Sequence record: OZ240615.1
Strand: one strand, 5' to 3'
Length of the DNA: 64,000 bases
Translations under genes and position numbers: made by a program
Shown: piece by piece, positions 29,509-38,529 of the stretch
Layout of the letters: each line of letters starts with the position of its first letter
Numbering within the stretch: the stretch's first letter is position 1
The notes under the pieces: generated by a model
What the model was told of the DNA's origin: nothing
What the model saw: only the letters and a program-made list of their open reading frames with translations
Database searches by the model: none

Positions 29509-30603
29509 ATGATTTCAGCTTTTGAACTTCTCAACCGCCAGTCCGTTAAAACGTTCTTCCCTGGTCAACTTACCGTCCTTCGAGGGAATGCCGAATTAAA
29601 CTTAAGAAACATTAAACGACATTACCTTAACAGTATTCGCGCAGTAGAGAGTGACCATATCCTGATACAGATACTGCAACATCTTCCTACTCGATTAGAT
29701 CTTGATGACGAACAGTATTATCGTTACTGTCATTCCGCCAGTAAATTGACTCATCGTGCGCTAAATTTAAACACCGAAACTGTCTTGTCGGGGCGAGCCA
29801 GTAAAGCCTGGTTTTACGGTCAGGGTATTACCGAGTTTTACATTGTAGAAGAATCCGATTTACCGTATCGATTCGACGCTAAAAATTACTGGCGTGCCCT
29901 GACCCCTGTACGGGTGCTTTCCCATCCGTTAACCGGACTCTCGTTCAATGCGCGTGACGGAAGTCCGTTCAGTAAAGAGAAAGGGTTTGCATTTATCTCG
30001 ATCGACATCGGCCTTTTGGCTGTTCAGTACCGGCATTGGGAACTTTACAACAACGGTACGGAAACTCAACAACACCCTGTCTCCATTAACCAATTCATTT
30101 ACCAGTATCCTTTGGTCAACATGATTGAAGGAGATATGGATTTTTGTTTCTTTAACCGGTTAAGATTAAAGAAAGGTTTCATTGAAGAAAATGATGACAA
30201 AGCACGACATGGTCTCGCTATCATGGATTTACGACCGATGACGGACCGGGTATGGGATGACTGGTTACAACGTGCTCAAACTGCGCCTAGAAGATTTATA
30301 GATCTCCCGGCACAAATCCCAGAACTGTTTGCAGATACCCTACTGGAAAGGATTACCTTCCCGGACATTTTGTTTAACCGTCAAAACTTGGGTATTTACA
30401 CGCTGGCAAATTTACCATACCTAAGTACCCTGTCCCGCCTTTCCGGCGAAACAGGGTCAAAGGATAACGGGTCAGTTCAAACCCAACTAGAACGATGGTA
30501 TAACCGTTTTGTAAACGGTAACTATTTCCTTCCTATTCATGGCATCAATCCTCAAGGTACTCTACAGGTTCTTTTGGACGAAGTGCTGACTCCACTTCGT
30601 TAA
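29509..30603 (+). CDS. conserved virion-associated protein (phiKZ gp52 position)
   Basis: divergent from chmA; VRVLSHP, INQFIYQYPLVNM motifs. Confidence 0.7.
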   Translation: MISAFELLNRQSVKTFFPGQLTVLRGNAELNLRNIKRHYLNSIRAVESDHILIQILQHLPTRLDLDDEQYYRYCHSASKLTHRALNLNTETVLSGRASKAWFYGQGITEFYIVEESDLPYRFDAKNYWRALTPVRVLSHPLTGLSFNARDGSPFSKEKGFAFISIDIGLLAVQYRHWELYNNGTETQQHPVSINQFIYQYPLVNMIEGDMDFCFFNRLRLKKGFIEENDDKARHGLAIMDLRPMTDRVWDDWLQRAQTAPRRFIDLPAQIPELFADTLLERITFPDILFNRQNLGIYTLANLPYLSTLSRLSGETGSKDNGSVQTQLERWYNRFVNGNYFLPIHGINPQGTLQVLLDEVLTPLR

Positions 30604-32761
30604 AGTCCGAGAAAGCATCCTCACGAGGGATTTGATCGAAGATCAGTTTACTCTGGTCTTTATCGAAGAGATAATACTCCAACGATTCCAACACCAGGTA
30701 GAACGGTGACATGGCGCTACCAATGATTTTACGGATATTAGTCGCCTCTAGGATGTCGCTTGGAATACCGATTGACATGACGATACTTTCTGGCAGCAGA
30801 ATACGCCCGATATAGGGTTTATTTTTTGCTGCCAGAAATCTCCGCATCCGTTCCGCCATCTGCTGGTCTTTCCACTGAGTCAACCACTTCTCTGTTTTCT
30901 TTTTCGTGTCATGTACGATACTAAACGCCAAGGCCGAATATGGCGGCGGCTCGATTCGTCCAAATCGGGGCGCAAAAACTTCTTGCCAAAGTTCGTAGTT
31001 TAAATACGGTGTGTTTTGGTCTTCTGTTTTCTTCGTGTACCCATCCTCTTCTTTAACACGTGCCGCTTTCAGGTAGGTTGTTTCCCCTCTACGTATCGAT
31101 TCGTAAATCGTATACTCCCACCGCGCCACCCATCTTAAATACTTCCCTAACTCTAACGTTTCTCCGGCAGTTACTTTGTCAACAATTTCCTCAATCATCA
31201 AATCAAGGTCCTTACGGACGCCAGCCGGGGAGTTGGAAGCAATTAATTCCACGCCTTTCTTTTCACGGTCATGAATATAAACCCCTTCTTGTACGCGTTT
31301 ATTAGCAGCGTAGTGTTTAGCGCGACTAGTGAGCATGAAGACAGGGAAAAGATATTCGTTCTTCATCGAGAGACGGAAGACTTCTTTTTCTTCCTGTACA
31401 CCCATGTTAACCGTCATTGTGGCGAGGTTATGGGTGGTGGTCTGTGAAACCAGGAAAGCAATCCCCTCAGCAAGAACGATATTTTCCGGCGTTAAGAGAT
31501 CGTTGTCCGAGTACCAACGAATCCAGTCCTGCACCGTAAAAATCGCAGAGTCGGTATCAGAACCAACACCAGCTCGTCGAACCGCATGTGGGAAATCAGA
31601 AATCAAGAAAGGGATATTTCTTGACATCAAGAAGGTGTCAATGATTTCTTTATATTTGTCCAAGGTATAGTAAATCGTGGCACAAGTTGATCCCAATTTC
31701 CAATAATCAGGATGTGCCTTAACATCGTCATGCCAAGGGTTGTTCTTCCCTATAATTTCAGGAAACATAACGGTGATCTGCGCCATGGTATCTTCATCGA
31801 CGTGTTTCATCCAGCCAATGTAGTCCTCAACAGGTTCACTGGCTGGCGTTACCAAACCCCGAACAAGGTCTCTTACGAGCGCATCGTTAAACTGACGCAG
31901 ATGGTAGAGATCGCCCATGTAAACGAAAGCCGCCCGTTCGTAATCGCTACATCCTCTAAGAAAACGACGAAGATTTTTATCGCCTCCTTCCGAACGCCAG
32001 TAGAGGTCAGAAGAATACGACAACACGTCCATAGTTTCTTCTAATGTCGGGATATGTAGCTTAAATTTGTCCACAGTTTCTTTTACTTTCGTCCAGTCGG
32101 TCAGTTCAAGAATACTGCTTAAATTTGCGTACAATACGTCAGGTCGCCAATAATGACGACTACCAGATAGCAGGCGGTCATTATTCGAGTTTGCAATCCC
32201 ATTAGCGATACGACAACAACTGGTTAATACCGGGTGCGTTGACCTGTCGTATAACGGAGAATGCTCAGAACGGTGGTTGCCGGAGATGGCGTTATTCAGG
32301 ATCTTTTTGTTGTTCTGATTATTGTTGTGGAAAGTGGCTTTGATCGTGTTACCTACTTTCTTTGCTTCAAACATCTCGTGCTTTTCAGCAGAGCGCTTCT
32401 TTAAGTTACCTTTAATGTATTCAGACAGCAATGATAATTTTTGGTGCGGTGGCAATACCACGGTAAAGGTTGGTGCCATTAACCATTCATTCTCTAAAAT
32501 ATCCGAGAGGTATTTAGAGAACGGAATCATAATCGGTGATTGGTCTAAATTCTCGTCTCGCTCCAACATGCAGAAAGTCGGGTCAACTAATCCTGTCTCT
32601 GGATTGTTTAATTCGTCGATCACAAACTGACGACATTCTTCAAATGGACGACCCGTGCTTCTCTGGATGAATAAAGCAGTTTGAATAACGTATGATTCAT
32701 GTACGCCAAGATCGCGTTTATAATCTTTTGCTGTGCGAGTAAAAGGGTTGGCTACTTTCAC
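30545..32761 (-). CDS. family-B DNA polymerase catalytic subunit (phiKZ gp50-like, split polymerase)
   Basis: KKILNNAISG, GSDTDSAIF, KNEYLFP, KHY; start reset to GTG 32761 after AAGGA. Confidence 0.9.
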   Translation of the reverse strand: MKVANPFTRTAKDYKRDLGVHESYVIQTALFIQRSTGRPFEECRQFVIDELNNPETGLVDPTFCMLERDENLDQSPIMIPFSKYLSDILENEWLMAPTFTVVLPPHQKLSLLSEYIKGNLKKRSAEKHEMFEAKKVGNTIKATFHNNNQNNKKILNNAISGNHRSEHSPLYDRSTHPVLTSCCRIANGIANSNNDRLLSGSRHYWRPDVLYANLSSILELTDWTKVKETVDKFKLHIPTLEETMDVLSYSSDLYWRSEGGDKNLRRFLRGCSDYERAAFVYMGDLYHLRQFNDALVRDLVRGLVTPASEPVEDYIGWMKHVDEDTMAQITVMFPEIIGKNNPWHDDVKAHPDYWKLGSTCATIYYTLDKYKEIIDTFLMSRNIPFLISDFPHAVRRAGVGSDTDSAIFTVQDWIRWYSDNDLLTPENIVLAEGIAFLVSQTTTHNLATMTVNMGVQEEKEVFRLSMKNEYLFPVFMLTSRAKHYAANKRVQEGVYIHDREKKGVELIASNSPAGVRKDLDLMIEEIVDKVTAGETLELGKYLRWVARWEYTIYESIRRGETTYLKAARVKEEDGYTKKTEDQNTPYLNYELWQEVFAPRFGRIEPPPYSALAFSIVHDTKKKTEKWLTQWKDQQMAERMRRFLAAKNKPYIGRILLPESIVMSIGIPSDILEATNIRKIIGSAMSPFYLVLESLEYYLFDKDQSKLIFDQIPREDAFSDFNEVESALRPKEPVEYLED

Positions 32762-32834
32762 GTTACAATCCTTAGATAGAGGTTTCTCTACAGGAATAAT
32801 CCGAACACTGAAAAAAGAAAAAAAAAGACGATAA

Positions 32835-32870
32835 CTTTCTCTCTGCAACCGAAGGGTTGCAGAGAGAAAG
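32835..32870 (-). terminator. intrinsic terminator, 16-bp stem
   Basis: ctttctctctgcaacc-gaag-ggttgcagagagaaag with long U-tract on the minus strand. Confidence 0.85.
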
Positions 32871-32872
32871 GT

Positions 32873-33295
32873 TTAACTCGTGGTGATTGTGAAGTTATTG
32901 AAACCTGCTGCGCTGATGGCCAACCGAATCTTCTCAATGTCACCAGTGCCAATACCAGGAATAAGCACAGTAGCATTGACGGTGTCCACAACAACGATAG
33001 TATCGACTTTGATCCACGGAAGACCAATAACGCGCTCGGTACCGTCTTCAAGCGTCAGTACTAACCAGTTGTAAGAGCGAGCATTGTCTTCTACTGTTCC
33101 TGATGGAAGAAGCGGGTAAACTTTAGCGTGTTCCGCTTCTGGATCAATACCGAATTTACTTGCACCCCGTGCCGAAACGATGTCGGTAGGAACGGCGTTT
33201 CTGAAGACGTCGCCGTATAAGGCCGAAGGATAAACTTGGAATGTAACGGTCGCGTTTAACGTGAATTTACCGAGTATCAAATCAGACGTCGCCAT
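32873..33295 (-). CDS. conserved core protein (phiKZ gp49 position)
   Basis: FQVYPSALYG, AEHAKVYPLLP, IGLPWIK; start MATSD. Confidence 0.75.
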   Translation of the reverse strand: MATSDLILGKFTLNATVTFQVYPSALYGDVFRNAVPTDIVSARGASKFGIDPEAEHAKVYPLLPSGTVEDNARSYNWLVLTLEDGTERVIGLPWIKVDTIVVVDTVNATVLIPGIGTGDIEKIRLAISAAGFNNFTITTS

Positions 33296-33656
33296 GTGCA
33301 TTTCCTTTTGTGTCAAAAGTCAGAAGAAGGGACAGAGAATCGTAAAACTCAATGTCTACATAACGAAGGTTGGTTCGCTCCGTTAATTCGGTACATAACT
33401 CGGCCAGCGCAATCCCTGTCTGGTAGAGAGCACCGGTAATACTAACATATTCAATGTTTGGCTTACCGGTACGTAACACTGTGTCGAGTATTTCTAAGAC
33501 CGACTTACGTGCTTCCTCTTTGACGAATTCAACATCTACCACCTCATCGTCGTCATTCTCCCCCTGCGTCTCTTCCAATAGTTCCTGGTAAAAGTAACTA
33601 TAGATAATAGGTAGACGTATAGGGGAGGAGAGAACTTTTATTTTCATGTTCTTCAA
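33282..33656 (-). CDS. array member 10, hypothetical
   Basis: 124 aa, overlapping neighbours. Confidence 0.7.
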   Translation of the reverse strand: MKNMKIKVLSSPIRLPIIYSYFYQELLEETQGENDDDEVVDVEFVKEEARKSVLEILDTVLRTGKPNIEYVSITGALYQTGIALAELCTELTERTNLRYVDIEFYDSLSLLLTFDTKGNAHGDV

Positions 33657-34026
33657 TCCTTAAAGCAAGAGAATGACTCCCGGTGTAAAGGAACAAATTC
33701 TCCAGCGTGTATGAATCAGTCAATAGGAAAGGGAGGGTCTTCTCAAACTCTCTTAATAGACGCCGGTGTAGGCAATCGTAGTTTTCGAGTATCAATTCCA
33801 CCGCATAATCAATAGACGCGCTATCGCTGGAAACGATTCGGTTCCGCAATATGTCAGGATGCATCACCATCTCTAATGGCTGTAAGATATCTTCAACAAA
33901 CAACGATGAAAACTCCCTCGGCGTAACCCAAGCACTTTTCGGAAAGTTATCGAGTATAGCTCCCATCCCCGAGTAAAAGGTTCTGCAAGGCAAGACGGCC
34001 AGAACAGAGGGAGGTTTTGTTACCAT
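33598..34026 (-). CDS. array member 9, hypothetical
   Basis: 142 aa, overlapping neighbours. Confidence 0.7.
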   Translation of the reverse strand: MVTKPPSVLAVLPCRTFYSGMGAILDNFPKSAWVTPREFSSLFVEDILQPLEMVMHPDILRNRIVSSDSASIDYAVELILENYDCLHRRLLREFEKTLPFLLTDSYTLENLFLYTGSHSLALRIEEHENKSSLLPYTSTYYL

Positions 34027-34484
34027 GTCTCTCTCTCCAAATCATTCAGGACAAAAGAAACTGTGTCATTACGTAACAGAACGTCATCGATCATTGTGTT
34101 GTCGTTATAACGCAGCTCACGTGACTTAAATGTATTGAGTAGGTCGTAAGCAATCACTTCGGCCATATCTTCAATATAACATGTGAGCTTGTACCGATCT
34201 GACGCCGAAAGGAGATGAATTTCGTTGTCCGTATCGTCTCTGTTGACAAAGTAAAGATCAAGGAAGTCATCTAAACGCTCCGCGGCTTCTTGGTGCGACA
34301 AAAAACGTGCGTCCAAGACAAAAGTAATGACCGCCAACATAAAGTCCACTACCTCAAAACTGATCGTCTTGTCTGATTTCCCTCGTATGAGAGGAGAGAT
34401 GTAGCGGTCGTAGTAAAGGAAAAGGTTTCGTGCAGGCCAATCTTTCACATTGAAGATAACAATCGTGCGATGATATTTGCCCAT
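34020..34484 (-). CDS. array member 8, hypothetical
   Basis: 154 aa. Confidence 0.7.
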   Translation of the reverse strand: MGKYHRTIVIFNVKDWPARNLFLYYDRYISPLIRGKSDKTISFEVVDFMLAVITFVLDARFLSHQEAAERLDDFLDLYFVNRDDTDNEIHLLSASDRYKLTCYIEDMAEVIAYDLLNTFKSRELRYNDNTMIDDVLLRNDTVSFVLNDLERETW

Positions 34485-34492
34485 GGTTGTGT

Positions 34493-34945
34493 TTACCCTA
34501 AAAATGTTGTAACGCGAAAAAATATCCCGAACGATTTAACTTCGAAATAATCTATTCTCGGTGACGCTTCAAAGTGGTCCCGAATTTCATGTCGATAATA
34601 CTGATAGAATAACAAAGAAAGTTCTTCAGCGCTTTCAATCAGTTCATCTGTAGTGAGATCTGATAACCTCGCATTCGGGTAACCCCGAATAAAATCCTTT
34701 ATCTCACGCTCCCAGAAAGGTGTAAACTCGGAGATTATCACCGTGCGTTTATAGTCAATGATCAAATCAAAGATCAGTTGAATAATTAAACGCCGATATA
34801 AAATATCGCAGTATGATAGTTCGTGTAAAACCGCCGCTACCTTCGTCCGATAAGGGAGAACAAAGGTTCGTAATTGGGTCTGACGGAATTCGTCGCCGTT
34901 AATGAACGACTGTGACATACAACGTCCTCCCAATGAGCTTAACAT
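34493..34945 (-). CDS. array member 7, hypothetical
   Basis: about 140-150 aa (probable start MSQS). Confidence 0.7.
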   Translation of the reverse strand: MLSSLGGRCMSQSFINGDEFRQTQLRTFVLPYRTKVAAVLHELSYCDILYRRLIIQLIFDLIIDYKRTVIISEFTPFWEREIKDFIRGYPNARLSDLTTDELIESAEELSLLFYQYYRHEIRDHFEASPRIDYFEVKSFGIFFRVTTFLG

Positions 34946-35312
34946 TCTTGAGTTGATTCGGATGTTCGATCAAAGAACTTAATTCACGCGTTTTAAACGA
35001 AAGTCGCGATGCCAATAACTGAATGTCAATATAGAACATAGCTCCCAGATCGTCCTTAAACGAAGGGTCTAAGTACTCCATTCCATCCGAGGAAAAGATA
35101 AGATCCAATATTTTTTCTGTTTCTTCGCCCGCCTTGAAAAAGAATGGCATTGAATACCCGCCCCGCAAGCGAGAAAGAGAATATAAAAACACCGGGAGAA
35201 TAATCTCCCGGCGGTCAGTAGAATAGCGTTTTTCTATCTTATTCAGATCGGGAGTGTTCCAATTAAGATCGTAAACAAATGTCTTTGAACAAACTGATGG
35301 ATCGTTGATCAC
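34899..35312 (-). CDS. array member 6, hypothetical
   Basis: 137 aa. Confidence 0.7.
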   Translation of the reverse strand: MINDPSVCSKTFVYDLNWNTPDLNKIEKRYSTDRREIILPVFLYSLSRLRGGYSMPFFFKAGEETEKILDLIFSSDGMEYLDPSFKDDLGAMFYIDIQLLASRLSFKTRELSSLIEHPNQLKNVKLIGRTLYVTVVH

Positions 35313-35676
35313 TACTGACCTCCCATTGATAGTAATCGATTAGTCGGTCAGTGAGCCTTACTTGTAAAAAATCACTGACCGTTGACTGAACCGACGAGAG
35401 AAACGCGTCGGTATCCGAGACGCTTAATTCCGGGGAAGAAAAGTATTGTAACATTCTCCCTTCCGAACTGGAATAACCAAAGATGATTTTTTCTAATACG
35501 TGTAAAAGCAGCATCGGGAAAGCTTCCCCGAATGTCATGGGTTCGAAGCCTTCTTCAAAAAAGCGATAGTAAATGTTCCTTAGCTTCCCGCGGAGTTGTT
35601 CGATGTCAATAATAACTCGCACGAGCCTCACGTTTCTCTCGCTGAATTCGTTCCCAGTCCCGGATTCGCCAATCAC
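35263..35676 (-). CDS. array member 5, hypothetical
   Basis: probable GTG start at VRLVRVIIDI. Confidence 0.7.
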   Translation of the reverse strand: MIGESGTGNEFSERNVRLVRVIIDIEQLRGKLRNIYYRFFEEGFEPMTFGEAFPMLLLHVLEKIIFGYSSSEGRMLQYFSSPELSVSDTDAFLSSVQSTVSDFLQVRLTDRLIDYYQWEVSSDQRSISLFKDICLRS

Positions 35677-36109
35677 CCATATTCTCCAAAATTAAACAGT
35701 TGCTCCTGACTTCCAGTACACGAATCTCTTCCCAGTGCTTATCCTTACGAATCTCACAGTCTTTAAAATACTCCAGACAGAAGATAATAAAAACATCAAT
35801 GACTTCACGGTAAAGTTCTTGAGAAGGTTCGTCGCAGATTTCTTCGTTATTCTTACCGAACCCTATCGGTTCCAGTGTATAACCCTTAAACCATGTTCTG
35901 ATTGCACCATCATCGTCCCAACATTCCCATGGGAAGAGAGCTTCTCGGTTGATGGCGTTCCAGAAGATACGTAAAGCACTTTCTTTTAGATCTTCTACTG
36001 TGACTCGTTCATTGGCATGGACGTCAATTATACGATAATGCTCGCGCGCATAACGTAAGATTGATGAGAGTCGTCTCGCAAGGTAATCAATGTCAATAAC
36101 ATAACGCAT
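35606..36109 (-). CDS. array member 4, hypothetical
   Basis: 167 aa, MRYVIDI...ENMGDWRI. Confidence 0.75.
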   Translation of the reverse strand: MRYVIDIDYLARRLSSILRYAREHYRIIDVHANERVTVEDLKESALRIFWNAINREALFPWECWDDDGAIRTWFKGYTLEPIGFGKNNEEICDEPSQELYREVIDVFIIFCLEYFKDCEIRKDKHWEEIRVLEVRSNCLILENMGDWRIRDWERIQREKREARASYY

Positions 36110-36120
36110 AACGGTCGCCT

Positions 36121-36525
36121 TTATTGATAAACAATGTATTTACGAGAGTCAATCATTTCCGTAAAGAACTCGCCCGGATAAATATAGTTTTGCCACTGTT
36201 CACGCAATTTGCGTAAAATAGATTCCATCGTACCATTTTTAGTCATGAGCGTAATTTCTTCCTGTAAAGCCATGTAGAACGTAAGCTGGTCCCTGTAGTA
36301 CGGGTCATCGGGAATGGTTTCGAAATCGTTTTCTAACGGGTCGATATAATTTTGGTAATAAACTTCAATAAAGAGGGTTCGATAGTCAATCTTACCCCCC
36401 TCCTCCCAATGGTAAGCTGTTGTTAAAAACGTCTCAATAATCTGGTTTCGCCAGATGCCCTGATACCCGTCCGAGAAGAGTTTGAGTGAGTAAGGTATCT
36501 CGAAGACGTATTTTTTAGTGTGCAT
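36121..36525 (-). CDS. array member 3, hypothetical
   Basis: 134 aa, SD GAGGA. Confidence 0.7.
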   Translation of the reverse strand: MHTKKYVFEIPYSLKLFSDGYQGIWRNQIIETFLTTAYHWEEGGKIDYRTLFIEVYYQNYIDPLENDFETIPDDPYYRDQLTFYMALQEEITLMTKNGTMESILRKLREQWQNYIYPGEFFTEMIDSRKYIVYQ

Positions 36526-36839
36526 AGATCGGGATTCCTCTGATAAAACTCGTCATCGTCGACCCAGATAAACAAGGCCCGGTTCCTTAGGTCCAATGAT
36601 AAGACGTTTAAAATATTAACAGGAAGTTTAAGAGGAATCCCACCGTATTCTTTCTCGAGCATTCTTGCTACCTGCCATACTTTGTCGGTTTCAAGCGTAT
36701 TGTTCTCTAAGATATAGTGTTCCGGTAGAACGACCCCGTATACTCGATCCAACCAGAAAGACAAAACCTGTTTCCGGTAATAATCGGCCATCGTAGGGGT
36801 CATCTCCAGAAATCGATTAATGTCTACGATTATCAACAA
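36423..36839 (-). CDS. array member 2, hypothetical
   Basis: 138 aa; last 103 nt overlap member 3. Confidence 0.7.
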   Translation of the reverse strand: MLIIVDINRFLEMTPTMADYYRKQVLSFWLDRVYGVVLPEHYILENNTLETDKVWQVARMLEKEYGGIPLKLPVNILNVLSLDLRNRALFIWVDDDEFYQRNPDLCTLKNTSSRYLTHSNSSRTGIRASGETRLLRRF

Positions 36840-37229
36840 TTACCGTTCCTCCAGAATAATTTCAAATTCGTCTTGATTGATTCTAAAATCCTGCACTTGA
36901 TAATACCCTGGGATTTGGCCCATAGACTCAAATAACACACTGAGCTCTTCCTCCTTATCGTTGACTCGGTTGAAGACGTCATGAATCATTGTTTCAAAAT
37001 CGAGCGTTTTATCTACACTGATTCTGTTCGTCGGACATACCCGGTCCGTCAAGAAATAGATACCCCTGGCCCAATGTTCGCGGTTCCGGTAATGGAACCA
37101 TGTCATCCATGTTGCATAGAAGATTTCTGCCTGAGTGAAGAGAAATGGGTAGGGGGCGGTTATCCAGAAAAAAACTTTTGGTATCGTCCCTTTAATTTTG
37201 ATTGTCGATTCTGGAGTCCTGTAATTCAT
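36840..37229 (-). CDS. array member 1, hypothetical
   Basis: 129 aa, first gene after the early promoter. Confidence 0.7.
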   Translation of the reverse strand: MNYRTPESTIKIKGTIPKVFFWITAPYPFLFTQAEIFYATWMTWFHYRNREHWARGIYFLTDRVCPTNRISVDKTLDFETMIHDVFNRVNDKEEELSVLFESMGQIPGYYQVQDFRINQDEFEIILEER

Positions 37230-37330
37230 TCTAAGCCTCTTTTTGCTTCAACTATACATTCCCCTTCAAATAAATAGAAAAGCTCGTACAAAGCGATTAT
37301 AGGAGCCTTATGCGACATCTTATCAATAGG

Positions 37331-37358
37331 GTGATATATACTTTACTGAAATTCGACA
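37331..37358 (-). promoter_or_regulatory. putative early promoter of the ten-gene array
   Basis: TGTCGA-N14-TATATCAC. Confidence 0.75.
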
Positions 37359-37401
37359 AACATAATCTCTCTGGACTTACGCCCAGAGAGAAAATAAAAA
37401 G

Positions 37402-37426
37402 ACGGAGTGGGAAACCCCCACTCCGT
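37402..37426 (-). terminator. PhuZ terminator
   Basis: acggagtggg-aaacc-cccactccgt plus U-tract; second hairpin at 37367-37390. Confidence 0.75.
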
Positions 37427-37475
37427 AGATGACTTAAGCGAATGAAGCAGCTAAAAATGTCGTACATAGAATGGA

Positions 37476-38444
37476 TTAGAATTCCATTCCATCGCCTTGC
37501 GTGTCACCCTGAATAAAGCTCTGCACTGCGACTGACTTTTTATCCCTTGCCATCCGGCGTTGTTCAAAGTCGTCGTAGGTTTTACGGAGGTCCGTCAGAA
37601 TTTCATTCAAACCGTGAGTATGGATGAGGAAGTAAAGGGAATCTTCCCCTGACCGTTTACGTGAACCGTAGGTGTTGTAGTCAGCAGGAATAGTCCCGGT
37701 TGTGGGTTTATTGTCACCGTAAAGTTCCGCAACTGAGATGGGGGCGGTTACCTCCAATGCGTCTTCTCGGTCCTGGAAAACTTCCAACAGTCCCAGCTCC
37801 GGTCGTACGCCTGCGCCAATCACTGGGCGCGCCCAAGTGAGGACGTCTGCTGAATCGAGGCCGTGGTGTTTACCTGAATAGAGATCGAGGACTGCGCGAA
37901 TGGTGGCAATCATAATCGCATCGACTTCTGCATTACGAACGTTGTTTTCGTTACTTTCAAACGCCACGTTCGCAAACTGATTGTTTTTGATCGCGATATT
38001 ACGAATAGACGAAATAGTCTTCATCGTGTTTTCGGTTGTTTTCGCCGATTCGGTAGATCCCACTAAAAAGACCAGAACGGCTTTCCCTTGGGCATAGAGC
38101 CCCTCGATGAGTTTAGGGCCAATTACGGAGCCCGATCCACCGGACGCTGAAAAGATCAGGATGTTCAGTTCTGAAGGTTTGAGTTTCAGAAGAATGTCGC
38201 TGATACTACGATCGGTAACGTCATAGTTAGTTTTACGGATTTTACCCGCGCCATCAACCCCTTCCAGAAAATACCATTTATCTTGATCGACAACGGTGCG
38301 CTCAGAAACATTAGAACGGCTACCGTCAACGTAAGCCTCTCTTACGTTTGCCAGATCCGATAGATCAGTACGCATCAGCTTGGTGAGGATGTCAATTCCC
38401 GCCCCGCCGGCACCGTAGATAGTTACTGTGTTATTCGACGACAT
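37476..38444 (-). CDS. phuZ: phage tubulin PhuZ
   Basis: GAGGAG, DGAGK, tubulin signature SASGGSGS, GLDSAD, C-terminal GDGMEF knuckle. Confidence 0.95.
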   Translation of the reverse strand: MSSNNTVTIYGAGGAGIDILTKLMRTDLSDLANVREAYVDGSRSNVSERTVVDQDKWYFLEGVDGAGKIRKTNYDVTDRSISDILLKLKPSELNILIFSASGGSGSVIGPKLIEGLYAQGKAVLVFLVGSTESAKTTENTMKTISSIRNIAIKNNQFANVAFESNENNVRNAEVDAIMIATIRAVLDLYSGKHHGLDSADVLTWARPVIGAGVRPELGLLEVFQDREDALEVTAPISVAELYGDNKPTTGTIPADYNTYGSRKRSGEDSLYFLIHTHGLNEILTDLRKTYDDFEQRRMARDKKSVAVQSFIQGDTQGDGMEF

Positions 38445-38529
38445 AATACAGATACTCCTTATGTTAAGCCAAAATAGCTCTTGTCATAATACCTTATACG
38501 ACGTCGTAAAATAATCGAGGGAGAAGAAA

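Noticed and set aside
32762-32848. N-terminal extension of the DNA polymerase in the ORF track
   Set aside because: Starts inside the terminator/U-tract; GTG at 32761 has a proper SD
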